The translations under genes and the position numbers were made by a program. A model generated the notes under the pieces. The model was not told the DNA's origin and did no database searches. It saw only the letters and a list, made by a program, of their open reading frames with translations. DNA of 64,000 nt from Penicillus capitatus (lineage: Eukaryota > Plantae > Chlorophyta), in NCBI GenBank assembly GCA_965649825.1, contig OZ287701.1:1229101-1293100 (forward strand), read 5' to 3'. Below, piece after piece: positions 12,551-23,040 of the stretch. Numbering within the stretch: position 1 is the first letter of the stretch; each line of letters starts with the position of its first letter.

Positions 12551-15134
12551 TTACGTAATGTTTGTTTTGTTCCTTCTCGCTTCTTCAGCTTCCAGATGGT
12601 GACAATCGCTTCCCTGCGCATGACTCCGAGAGAAGAAGGATCGGAGGTGATCCCGGTGAGTCAAAAAGGGCTTCTTGCGAGAGTCAGAAATGAGATAGTA
12701 CAATTGGGGAGAATATTGTTGATGAATACGGTAAGGGCCCAGCCACTGAGGGGCGAGCTTGTCGCCGTGAGTCTGGGAGGCTTGAGAATTAAAAAGTAGT
12801 ACGAGTTGTCCAGGCTGGAAGGGAGCATTGCGGTGAGGTTGTTGAGCGTGGAGCTGCTGTTGATGATCCATGTGAGTGTCAATCGCTGTCCAGCGGGTGG
12901 CTAATGTGTCCCGATGGCGTGCTGGTGCGGGATCAGCTGGGACCGGCGGAGCAGGAGCGGTGGCTGGAACGGAGTGAAGACGAGGTTGGTATCCGAAAGC
13001 GGTCTGCGCAGCACTGAGGTGAGTGATGTCATTGGGATGTGCGTTCAGGAGTGCCTGGACTTGGGGAATGAGAGAGACCCATTTCCCTTGTGCGGAGATG
13101 CGTTGAAGTCGTCGGATGATTTCTTGGTTCAGGCGTTCAACTGTGCCATTGCATTGCGGGCGGTAGGCAGGTATAGTTCGACGCTTGATTCCCCGTGCGG
13201 ACATCCACGCAGACAGCTGGTTTCCGACAAAAGCAGGTGCGTTGTCAGTCTGGAGAGTGTCTGGGTATCCAAACAGTGAAGACCAGCGCTCCAGTAACTT
13301 GATAATGGTGCCAGCCGTGGCGGTCGATGTGGCTGACAAGAGACAGAATCTGGTGCACAGGTCCACTGCGGCAATGATATAGCGGTAGGTCCCATCTGCC
13401 TTCAGGGGACCAACAACGTCTAATCCGACACATTGGTTGAGCTGCTGCCACGTATTGAAAGATTGCGTGACTGGACGGTCACGACGTGCGAACAGCTGGC
13501 ATTGCTGACAGCTTCTGACCCAGCGTTTGATGCGAGCGGGTGCGTCCGGAAAATAGGTAAGTTGCTTGAGCTTCTCGGTGGTCGTGTGTATCCCGTAATG
13601 GCCGCTCTGCTCGTGCGCCTGGTTGAGCCATTGGGGAACTTTCTGAATGTCCCTGCAGCATGTCACCCACAATAGTCCATCCGCGGAGTACTCTAGCTCG
13701 TCAGAGCGAAGGCGAAAGTACTGACTTCGGTGCTTCAGTCGGGCCCTCTGCTGTGGTGTGGTGCCTTCTGGACACCGCCCGGTGCGCAAATAGTCCTCCA
13801 TCTGCACATACCATTCAGGCCAGCAATCCACGCAGTTGGGATCTTGAATTGCTGCTATGGTTGGCTTCTGTGCTTCGAGTGTTGCTCTCCACCAGGGACT
13901 GCGACTGAGGAGGTCAGCAATCACGTTCGCTACCCCATCTACATGTCTGACGCGTCCTGCTGCCAAATTAAGTGTGTCCAGATGCCGTTGGACAAGAAAG
14001 CTTTGATCTTGGGTGCCGCTCGCCTGTTTGACTACTGTTGCGTCTGTAAATATCGTCAGTTGCTTTCCTAAGATCAAATGCCTGACTTCTTTGATCGCCT
14101 TTTCCAGTCCCAGCAGCTCTGCCTTCCCGCTTGACTTGAACTTGTCTCGTTGGAACCCACCCGCACCCATCTTGATTAGTTTCTTGGTGGTCCTATCAAA
14201 CAGGGCATACCCAAAACCATCCTTGCTGGCGTCGACATATAGATCTACAGCATGCCCGGTTGCGTCGGGTCGATTGTACCATACATCGCTGAGCGATTGA
14301 ATGATGGTTGTCCAACGGGTGGGATCTTCCTTCCAGTAGCGTTGTATGTCTTCAGCGTCTGAATGTGAGAGCCTCTGTAACTCGGCTAGGCTTCGGACAT
14401 TGCTTCGACAGTAACTTAACACCGTCCGAAGTAGTCCCAGAAATGAACGGACGGCTGTCTTGGTTTGTGGCGGCGTTGCTTCGAGCAGCTGTTGCAATGT
14501 TCTTTTCGGGGGCAGTACGCCCCTTTCCGTGAATCGATATCCAAGGAACTCGATTTCTTTCACACCGAATGTGCACTTCTTTGGAGAGGCTGTCCACCCG
14601 TGTCGTCTGTACAGCTTGGTCAAAAAATGCCATTGAGTTCACCCAGCCCATGGGTAGCCGTGCGAATGCATACGGCTGCTTGTCGAAAACCGTCACGAAA
14701 TACGGCTGTAGATTATCTGCCAGAGGGATTTGATAAAAGCCGTGCCGAAAGTCAAATTTTGCAAATCGGCACATCCCCGACAGACCTTGAATGGCCCCTT
14801 CACGATGCATTGGTAGGGCAGTCCTTCGAGAGGTTAGCGTATTCAGTCCTCTGAAGTCAAGTACGACTCTTCTTTCAAGTGTGTCTTTCTTCGCAACTGA
14901 GAACCATGGGATGACATGCTTCGGCTTCCCATGAAATCTTCTAATCACTCCCGCCTCGATCAGCTGGTCAATTTCTTTTCTGCATGCCGTTGTCTCTGCA
15001 GAGAATGCGTAGGGGACCTTGGTCGAGACTGAGTGGATCTGCCCCTGTACGTCGTCGATGCTGACTTCCCATCCTCGGAATCGCCCAATTCCTTCACGGA
15101 TGACGTCCGGGAATGTTGTCAGCAGTCGTTCCAT
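12551..15134 (-). pseudogene. pol: Pol (RT lacking YxDD, RNase H, integrase), frameshifted
   Basis: RVVLDFRGLN and LPMGWVNS are followed directly by LTKLYRRHGWTASPKKC in another frame, with no YxDD. Also LYVDASKDGFG, HHCC, GLDVVGP/TDNAP/VERLNQE (DDE) and WLGPY. Confidence 0.9.
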
Positions 15135-15184
15135 ACTGCGGCAGTCAGTTCGCGTTTTTCTCGACAGGAGGCCTGACTGCTGGC

Positions 15185-17014
15185 CTACTGCCGTCTGCGA
15201 AAAGACTGTTTGTTCCCACGCAGTTGCCGCTGCTGTCCGTTGCAGTCTTGGATCGTCAAGATCTCTCCTTCTGGTGCTGGAACCTCAAACACGGTCGTCT
15301 TTCCCGTGATACGAATTGGCTCTTCGCGATGATTTGCCAAAGTTAGAGTGGAGAATGTCCCATATTGCACGCCCAAGTGCACAGAGAAGTGTGGTGCGAC
15401 GACTGGCGTTCTTTGGTGCACCATGTCCCTTGGAATGATTATCGGCGTCTTCACCATACGGACTTCCTTTGGCCCTAGAACGATCGATTTGTTCAGGGGC
15501 ACCTGGATCCTGTCCCCTTTCACCGCGGGGAGATGTTCGACTCTTTCTGTGAGCTTCCCAATATCTCCTGTCTTGATCAACCCATTCTTCACCTCTTTCT
15601 CAACTTTCGGTCCAGCGAACAAGCATTTTATGGTTCGCCCCTTGATGCTCACGGATCTGTTATGGGGATGAGCTGATATCTCATTCTTCGTCATTGCGTC
15701 AATTCCCATGAGCAAATCGTACCCTGGATTCGGGAGGACCAGACAGTCCAATCTGAAAGTGGGGTGCGTTGCCTTCTCTATTGACACCTCGATGTTGCAT
15801 TCACCAGTGACCTTTGCGGTTTTGCCATGTGCGAGGAGCAACTGTGTCTTGTTCGGCCTGATCTTCGCCCCAAGTTCTTTGGCTAGTGCGAGGGACATGA
15901 TCGATGATTCCGCCCCCGTGTCCACCAGAGCGTCGATTCTCCGCGGGTACCCAAGATGGCTCTGTGAAACCAATCCGAGCTTCATCACTCTTTTCCCTTC
16001 CTTTTTCTTGTTTGAGGTCTGGGCCGCGTAAGTTCTGGACATGTCTTGATCTTGTTCCAAGTCTTCTTCTCCCCCTTCACTCAATGTTTCACAGATGGGT
16101 TCTCCGCTTCCTCCGGGCATCCCTTCTTCTGCTGCCACGAAAGCCCGTCTTCCGCCCCATCTCCTTTGCTGGCCGCCCATTCTTCTTTGGTTGTTCTGTT
16201 GTTCTGGTCCGCCGCATATTCTCTGTAGGAACCTTAGCATGTTTTGGGCTTCTCTTCTTGAAGTCTTGCAAATTTCCCGAGCCCCCACCATCACTCTTCC
16301 TGCATTTGTGATTGCAGAAAAATTTATTTTGCCATCGTTTCCGATGACTCGTCCGTCCATTGCCGCATTTGCGTGTATCATGCCCAGGTCAATGTCCATG
16401 GCATCTTCGTCTACCTCCACCTTCGAAATGTTCCCCGATTCCCAGAAACTCACGTTTCGAATGAGGTTTCTGATGTCCGCAGGCATTGCCGTGGATGGTA
16501 GAGGCATGACCAGCCTCTTGAGATTTGTCGGCAATTTCCTGTATAAAGTCTTGACCTGCGTTTCACGCGAGGCCCTTGACGTCGTGCATGCCGAAAAATA
16601 TCTGTCGACAAAGTCGCCCCAGCTCTCTGTTTTCGACTTTGTGATCTTGGCCAGTTTTTCTTCGGCCGAAAGTGCCGGGTCTGGGCAGGCTGCCGTCACT
16701 GTCTCTCTTACTACCCTCCAATAGTTGTCCGCGTTGCGGATTACGTGTCCGTGAGGGAACACCTGACGCACTGCGGCTGGGTTCGCCGCGTCTGCCCCTG
16801 CGAATGCTGCATCAAATCCCGCACCTGTCGCGAAATGGGGCTCGATTCCTTCGAGTACTTGTCGAAACAGCTCGAAGGCCTGAGACCTGGGCTCCAGACG
16901 TTGAACCACATATTTTACACGTGGTCGGTACTCGTCTTCGACGAGTGCTGCTGAGCCGAGAAGCGACGCGAAAACGTCCAGGTCGATCTTTGAGGTCTTG
17001 TGCTCCGAAACCAT
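15185..17014 (-). CDS. gag: Gag-protease polyprotein
   Basis: 609-aa ORF; KTKSESWGDFVDRY capsid-like motif; LVDTGAESS aspartic protease motif. Confidence 0.9.
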   Translation of the reverse strand: MVSEHKTSKIDLDVFASLLGSAALVEDEYRPRVKYVVQRLEPRSQAFELFRQVLEGIEPHFATGAGFDAAFAGADAANPAAVRQVFPHGHVIRNADNYWRVVRETVTAACPDPALSAEEKLAKITKSKTESWGDFVDRYFSACTTSRASRETQVKTLYRKLPTNLKRLVMPLPSTAMPADIRNLIRNVSFWESGNISKVEVDEDAMDIDLGMIHANAAMDGRVIGNDGKINFSAITNAGRVMVGAREICKTSRREAQNMLRFLQRICGGPEQQNNQRRMGGQQRRWGGRRAFVAAEEGMPGGSGEPICETLSEGGEEDLEQDQDMSRTYAAQTSNKKKEGKRVMKLGLVSQSHLGYPRRIDALVDTGAESSIMSLALAKELGAKIRPNKTQLLLAHGKTAKVTGECNIEVSIEKATHPTFRLDCLVLPNPGYDLLMGIDAMTKNEISAHPHNRSVSIKGRTIKCLFAGPKVEKEVKNGLIKTGDIGKLTERVEHLPAVKGDRIQVPLNKSIVLGPKEVRMVKTPIIIPRDMVHQRTPVVAPHFSVHLGVQYGTFSTLTLANHREEPIRITGKTTVFEVPAPEGEILTIQDCNGQQRQLRGNKQSFRRRQ

Positions 17015-18718
17015 TTTGTAACGCGCAGAAACGTTCTTTTGTTTAAACAGGAAGATGTGTTTTTGTAAGACAGAACTTGTTTCAAAACCCCCGTTTTATA
17101 TGCCTTGCAGCATGACGTTATCATCTCGTCATGCTTTACGTAATGTTTGTTTTGTTCCTTCTCGCTTCTTCAGCTTCCAGATGGTGACAGTACGTCGACA
17201 CGTATTCGCAGCCCGTCAACTTCTCCATCGTTTTCTGCTTCATCTCGTCGATGTTGGCCTACACACAGAGCTTGCTGTCGTTTAAGGGCAACCAAGATTC
17301 TTCACGCCTGTGGCAAATGAATGTATGCGATGCAGAGGTCCTTGGCGTTGAACATCGACGCCCGACCGCTCATGCTCCGAGGATACATGTCCGACGTCTT
17401 ACCCGGAAGATCGAAATGCTGAAGGTAACTGTCTGGGAAGAAGCAGCTTCGATCCACATGCCTCTCAGAGATATCGAGTCCGCGGTAGGCGCGACCGATG
17501 TCGATCAGGAGATCCACGTAGCGCGTTCCGTCGCACAGTGCATGGTTCGTCACGACACTAAGAACGCAGCCGTCTCTTCCGCGTATCAGATGAACGCCAA
17601 ACAGCTCTCCCGTGTCGCAGGGGACACGGGAGTCGTCAATGGCGTCCAAGAACAGCGGCCAGTTCATGCGCGGCGTTTTGCCGGCGTCTTCGAGTATCAT
17701 CTTTCCCGTCCCCTTTCTCAGCTTCTCGAGAGTGATTTCTGTGCGGATTTCCAGGACGCCAAAGCTGTCCTGCCGGTCCGGGTCCAATTCGAAGCACGGT
17801 TGATGCGCCTCGTCGGCGACGAGGCGACTGCACAGGACAGGATAGGCCTTTTCGATTTTAAGGAGAGCGGAAAGAAGACGAGGCCATTCGATGGAGGAGT
17901 CGAAGAAAAGCGGCCAACCGAACCAGTAAGTGCCGCCCTCCAGATAGTCCGTGGGGCTCAGAGGGTACGTCTTCCTGCCTTTCACCGATGTGCTGACGCG
18001 CGCTACGTTCACCACCGACGTTGACGAGTCCATCCTTGCTTCTGGGACAATCCCGTACGTATCGCGAGGTCTGTGACGTTTACTATCTCTGTGGGAGAAT
18101 GTCCAAATTATTCTCCTGCAGCATACGTAGTCCTTACGTGATGATTATCGCCGTATGACGAGGGATTTCGGTTGCGACGATCATCCTTGATTATTATCCG
18201 CTCCGTATTGTAATCCCATCGCGATGAATTGTTTGAAAAAACGAGGTTGCAGTGTTTTGTTAAAGGCGTTATCCACACGATCTAGGGTCTTTTGTCTAAA
18301 CAGGTCTTTTCATCGTATTCTTCGGACGCTTCTATCGAATCACTGATCCTCGGCTTGACAGTGCCGTGCATAGAGAGACACGAAGGGCCTCCGTCTAGTT
18401 GTACATAACCAGCCTCTAACAGGCAGCCTCACTTCCTGCAGTTGCGAATGTGAAACCGGCAAGGATTGTGATGTGTATGTCTAAGTTGTACGTGATTCAA
18501 ATCATGACAGAACACTGGCAACATGTGACGGGCTAAGCAAGAAAGTCATGGACAACTTCCAGCTTGGACAGAGTGCAAGGTTTTAATGGTAATGTGGGAT
18601 CTTACAAAAAAGCGAGGATATGTGGCCGATCGACGCAGAGTTAAACGGTCACAGTTCTGTAACGGCTTCCCCGAAAGAAAGAAAATCGTTGATGACAACT
18701 GAGAGATTAGATGTCTAG

Positions 18719-18966
18719 TGTCGGCGATCGGGCCGGACGAAAGATTCGCACAGCGGAAGACTTTACAAACTGTTTGGAGCAAGGTCCTGAGTGTTCAGAA
18801 TGTGTCCTTATGTATGTGCGCGGTGACGCGACGTTCCTAGGCAGGTGAATCACCCTAGCCTCAGAACCAAAGAAAATGGCCTCAGGTGATTCAACCAAGA
18901 CCCCCCCTGAATGTGGACCCATCGAAAACAAGACAGTCACATCAGCAAAACGCCATCTTGCCGACA
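18719..18966 (-). mobile_element. Solo LTR (248 bp), 5-bp TSD TCTAG
   Basis: TGTCGGC...GCCGACA termini; TCTAG at 18714-18718 and 18967-18971. Confidence 0.9.
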
Positions 18967-19016
18967 TCTAGTGCCTTTTATTTTTCGAACAGCAAACAAA
19001 AAGGAGCACAGAATGC

Positions 19017-19530
19017 TGTGAACTGACTGTGAGGAGACAGATATAGATTGGGATTGATGTCTCCGTTTGTATCATTGTAAAAATCCTGATCTTCCTCGTA
19101 CCTCGTGACGACATGGTTTTGGAGCTCGCGCAAAAGACCTACGGCAAGTGGACGAGAGAACTATCAGAATGGCTCATCCCGTTCGTGACGACATGTGAGA
19201 ACCCGAGGCAGGCACGCATCCGGTTGTTGCTCAGTCACATCGACAAACACGCTCCCGGCGGCCAAGCAGTACTCGCTAGTGTTGCCCAAGTTCAAACAAT
19301 GGAGTTAAACGACGTGAAGACGCGTATTTCACGGGTAAACCGGAAGCGTTTTTCGCTGGATGGGACGACTCTCGGATACGATGGGCAGCCATCGTAGCGG
19401 AACTTGAGAACCTCCTTCCAGCCGAGTCGACACTCTCACCAGAGGAATGCCTCCGAGGGTTGGAGAAGGAGAAGACGGAGAACCTGTTGGACTTCGTTTT
19501 ACGGTTCCGCCGAATGGCCGACAACTACAC
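19017..19530 (+). mobile_element. 5' LTR (19017-19113), PBS variant TGGTTTTGGAGC and truncated gag
   Basis: LTR matches 11634-11730. The ORF starts MVLEL at the LTR/PBS junction; a shifted frame gives EKTENLLDFVLRFRRMA (gag-like). Confidence 0.8.
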
Positions 19531-20825
19531 GAAGTCGGCGAAGGTTACTGAGACTCGAGCAACGCACATCATATTCGTAAGCTGGCCAAAGAGATCCAAT
19601 GACAGATGTGTGGAACGAAGTTTTTGAACGCTGATCTTGCTAAGCTCGAAGCCGATCCGCATAAGGTTCAACGGCCCCACACAATTCAATTTCTGACATG
19701 ACCCTTCCTCACGGCTGTGGCGCCTCGTAACAGCCATAATCATCGCAATTACTTCAGATCTTTTCGACAGACCTTCGTTATCGAAGTCCCTGACTCGCTG
19801 AGATAACATCGTCTCACTCCTTTGAAGTTACACTTTTCATATCCTTGATCTAACCGTTCTGAAAGCGTCGTTTCTGTGTGTCTCCCCATACAGACTGTTA
19901 CACAATGTCACACTTTCAGGATTTCATGTGATGAAGTTCCTACCTGCTTTCTGTGAAATGACTCAAGATTTCTCACTCTTATGGCAGGTTACACTTCTCA
20001 CTCCTCTTGACAAGACTTATATTATCACACTTTTCTTGTTGTGTTTCCCGCAGCTCAGGCCCCATTTACGAGTGGTTTGATGTCATTTTTGGAAGATTCC
20101 TCACTCTTATCACACTTTTCTTTATGTTTTGGTCACTACACATCCCCAGGAACTGTTTCTGTCGACCCTGTTTTTTCTGCATGTGCGAACTGCTTCTCAG
20201 TAGCCTTAATCCTCTTCAGTTTACTGATTGGTCACTCATGACAATCTTTCTGTGCTCACTGTTGATGGTATGACGACCCTGCTTTCCGTTTCTGTCGCTT
20301 TGGAGGGTTTTTCCTGATTCAGTATCGCTCAGAATCTCGAGATGAGTCAAATCTGGCTCATTTCTGTCACTGACGTGACTTGTCATACTGTCAGACAAGA
20401 CTGTCACATCACCTGTAGCATATGAATACATGGATGTGAACGCATGTTGACCTTGCTCTGTAAAACGTGAAGCCTTCATCTGACATGGTTTCGGAGCGCA
20501 GTTAACGCTCCTGTGTTTGAACTCCGTCTGAGTGACGTTGCGCGATTCGCTGAGCGTCTTTTACGTGGTGCTTTGGGCTGTGTGTGCCCCAAGTCGTTTG
20601 TGTCCGTTCGAAGCTTGCGTTCAGTGTTTATGCGGTGCGCTGGTGACTGCGACCGCGTGTTCGTTTGTTCGTTCGAAGTTCGTTCGGAGTATTGGCGGTG
20701 CGCTTGTGGTTGCGACCGCGTGTGTTGACTTGTGACCTACGTTTTTGGCGTTTGTTGCGCATTACGCCTTCCTTTGTGGAAGTCGAGTCCTGTTTCCAAG
20801 GAATTTCAAGAAAGCATCGACAAGG

Positions 20826-21707
20826 ATGAGTCGAGCACAACATAGAGGGCAGGGTCAAACAGAGGAAAGATGCAGAATCCTCTTAAGGGAGCTGCGTCAG
20901 GTGGACACGGAAAACGGAATACTACGGGAGAGATTGCAGGAAGCTGAGCGAGCGAGGACGCAAATGGGACGTGAATGGAATGCCAGGAGTGATGAACTCG
21001 CCAACCTGCAAATGGCTTTACAGGAGATCCGCACTGAGAATGAGAAGCTTCGAGAAGACGTTGTGAAGGCGACGCAGGCAACAAAGAAAATCCGCACTGA
21101 AACTTCCTCTCTACGACAAAAACTGAAAGAGACCGAGACGGCCTTTGCAGAGGCAAAAAAACATTTTATTATGGCACCTGCTTTGGTGCCTAGTCTTCAG
21201 TCGTTGACCGGTGAAGTGAGGATGCTGCAGAAGACAGTGCAGAAGAACGGTGAAAAGACAGCCGAGGCGCTAGCGAGGAGACCACCGGAAGATTTTGCAT
21301 CTGGTATACGGTCGCTTAGCAACGAGGTAAAGACGGTGAGAGTGGACCTGAAGACCAAATTCGACAAGACAGCTGAAGCGATAACGACAAGACGTGCGGA
21401 AGGACAGCGACATGCGAGGACGCTGCAGCAAATGAAACGAGTGCTGCACGACATAGGGCGGTATCCGAAAAGACAGCGAACGAGAGCTGACGGGACTGAT
21501 GGAATGAGGAACGTCAAGCACGGCAGAATTTGTTACTGCTGCCGAAGTAAAGGACATCTGGCAAACGATTGTCCGCGAGCGCGGAATTCGGATATGGTCG
21601 AGTCACCAGCGGGTCCAAATACGTCGTATACGCAACAGCGTACGGAAAGTCCACGGGAACCAGCGGTTAATGAAACTGCATCAACGGTGTCACGGTCAAG
21701 AAGTTGA
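20826..21707 (+). CDS. Coiled-coil plus CCHC zinc-knuckle Gag-like protein
   Basis: Long heptad-rich region; CYCCRSKGHLANDC (CX2CX4HX4C); the C-terminus is altered by a nested solo LTR. Confidence 0.75.
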   Translation: MSRAQHRGQGQTEERCRILLRELRQVDTENGILRERLQEAERARTQMGREWNARSDELANLQMALQEIRTENEKLREDVVKATQATKKIRTETSSLRQKLKETETAFAEAKKHFIMAPALVPSLQSLTGEVRMLQKTVQKNGEKTAEALARRPPEDFASGIRSLSNEVKTVRVDLKTKFDKTAEAITTRRAEGQRHARTLQQMKRVLHDIGRYPKRQRTRADGTDGMRNVKHGRICYCCRSKGHLANDCPRARNSDMVESPAGPNTSYTQQRTESPREPAVNETASTVSRSRS

Positions 21708-21870
21708 AGAAGAAGGAGGAACTGAAGGGGAAGATGAAAGCATGACATGAAGCATGACGCAACGATAACGTCATGCTAAAAAATCATATAAAAAGGGGAT
21801 TTTCGAACATTCTGTGTCTTTTTGCAAAAACACCTGTTTGCGTTTAACAATCACACATTCGCACATAACA
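21688..21870 (+). mobile_element. Nested solo LTR related to the 173-bp LTRs of 12432-17189, 4-bp TSD ACGG
   Basis: TG...CA termini; shares AAGCATGACG..GATAACGTCATGCT..CATATAAAA with that LTR; ACGG at 21684-21687 and 21871-21874. Confidence 0.85.
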
Positions 21871-22150
21871 ACGGGTTGGAACGTCTTTTCAATGTTTAAA
21901 CGGACGTTTACCTCGGGTATCGATTGACTTAATTCTGTTCATTTTTCGGAGGGTTTTCACGTTTTCGGAGTCTGCGCAAACGGAAGGTGGATGGGACCAT
22001 GTCAGACAAGACTGTCACATCACCTGTAGCATATGAATACATGGATGTGAACGCATGTTGACCTTGCTCTGTAAAACGTGAAGCCTTCATCTGACACATA
22101 CATTAGGGCGTTACGCCCGATGATTTCTGTCATCTAAAAACCTACGCGAT

Positions 22151-22330
22151 ACCGTGAGTCCGTTTATCTATCCAGTGGGAGGCAATCTTCATCGGAGGGA
22201 CAGAGTTGGGCATGTTGTCGAGTTTTGGAATGCATCGGGCGAGAATGGGTTGTACACCTGGGGTTTGTACGCGTGTCGGCTTTGGGTATTCCTTGAGGCC
22301 GAAGGATGCGTAATGCAAGGGAACGAAAAT
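22151..22330 (+). repeat. Third, partial copy of the duplicated block start (cf. 4381-4560 and 22732-22911)
   Basis: Direct sequence similarity with scattered substitutions. Confidence 0.9.
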
Positions 22331-22593
22331 GCTTCATTACTGTATTGCGCGCCGCGTACGTCGGCGCAATACTGTCGCGGCCATGCGTCGCGACGAAATA
22401 GACGCGTCCTATCGCACTGCTGCGACAGTATTGCGGCCACCCTGTACGCATTAACAATAGTGTCGGCGCGTTCTGATACGCTGTCGAGGTGGCAGTACCA
22501 CCACGGCAGCGTGCCAATATTATTGTTAATGCGTATTTAACATTGAACGCCTGTTTCTCTTTGTCCAAAAAGAATTCTGACGATAGCAAAAAA

Positions 22594-23040
22594 ATGTTTC
22601 CACAAAACCCTGCAGTCTCGTTTGAAGAGGCATATGCGGCTTTGTCGGTGAAGGAGATGAGGTGGGACATTCTGGGGAAGGCGACAAACAAAATGGTGCA
22701 ACATCATGCAAACCTTTACACAAGATCTGCGACCGTGAGTCCGTTTATCTATCCAGTGGAAGGCAATCTTCAGCGGAGGGACAGAGTTGGGCATGTTATC
22801 GAGTTTTGGAATGCATTGGGGGAGCATGGGTTGTACACCTGGGGTTCGTACGCGTGTCGGCTTCGGGTATTCCTTGAGGCCGAAGGATGCGTAATGCAAG
22901 GGAACGAAGATGCTTGGAGAACGATTATTCTCCAACTTTATACAATGTATCGGGAACTAAGAACGCCGAATATGGCGAAGATACACAAAAAACAGCATGC
23001 GACGGAATTCGTCAATATACTGTATAGTCTATCTTTATAA
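22594..23040 (+). CDS. Hypothetical protein, multicopy (3' part also at 4359-4689)
   Basis: Open frame kept in both near-identical copies; no recognised domain. Confidence 0.35.
   Translation: MFPQNPAVSFEEAYAALSVKEMRWDILGKATNKMVQHHANLYTRSATVSPFIYPVEGNLQRRDRVGHVIEFWNALGEHGLYTWGSYACRLRVFLEAEGCVMQGNEDAWRTIILQLYTMYRELRTPNMAKIHKKQHATEFVNILYSLSL

Larger units (their letters stand above)
12432..17189 (-). mobile_element. Full-length Ty3/gypsy LTR retrotransposon, 173-bp LTRs, 4-bp TSD GTAC
   Basis: LTRs 12432-12604 and 17017-17189 differ at one base. PBS at 17001-17013; PPT-like GCAGGGAAGCGAT next to the 3' LTR; GTAC at 12428-12431 and 17190-17193. Confidence 0.97.
11822..18033 (-). pseudogene. 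BAHD/transferase-family acyltransferase interrupted in exon 2 by a gypsy element
   Basis: HALCDG (HXXXD), NYFGNA and DFGNG motifs. Removing 12432-17189 plus one GTAC gives in-frame YVSTYDLASALCWMLK. This needs a 49-nt GC-AG intron (17307-17259). Confidence 0.85.
20389..22096 (+). mobile_element. Gag-only non-autonomous LTR element (TR-GAG-like), 1708 bp, 5-bp TSD CATAC
   Basis: Identical 97-bp LTRs at 20389-20485 and 22000-22096; PBS at 20486-20497; PPT-like GGAAGGTGGATGGGACCA; CATAC on both sides. Confidence 0.95.

Noticed and set aside
15134-15290. Programmed -1 frameshift between gag-pro and RT
   Set aside because: The frames overlap in -1, but I see no canonical XXXYYYZ slippery heptamer; a mutation or sequencing indel is equally likely. 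Unresolved.
17251-18024. Long plus-strand ORF, and similar shadow ORFs over the HEAT, gag and URB2 regions
   Set aside because: Antisense shadows of recognisable coding sequence.
22489-23040. TIR domain upstream of the NLR-like gene
   Set aside because: Only vague resemblance (PFIYPV, AWR); spacing does not fit.
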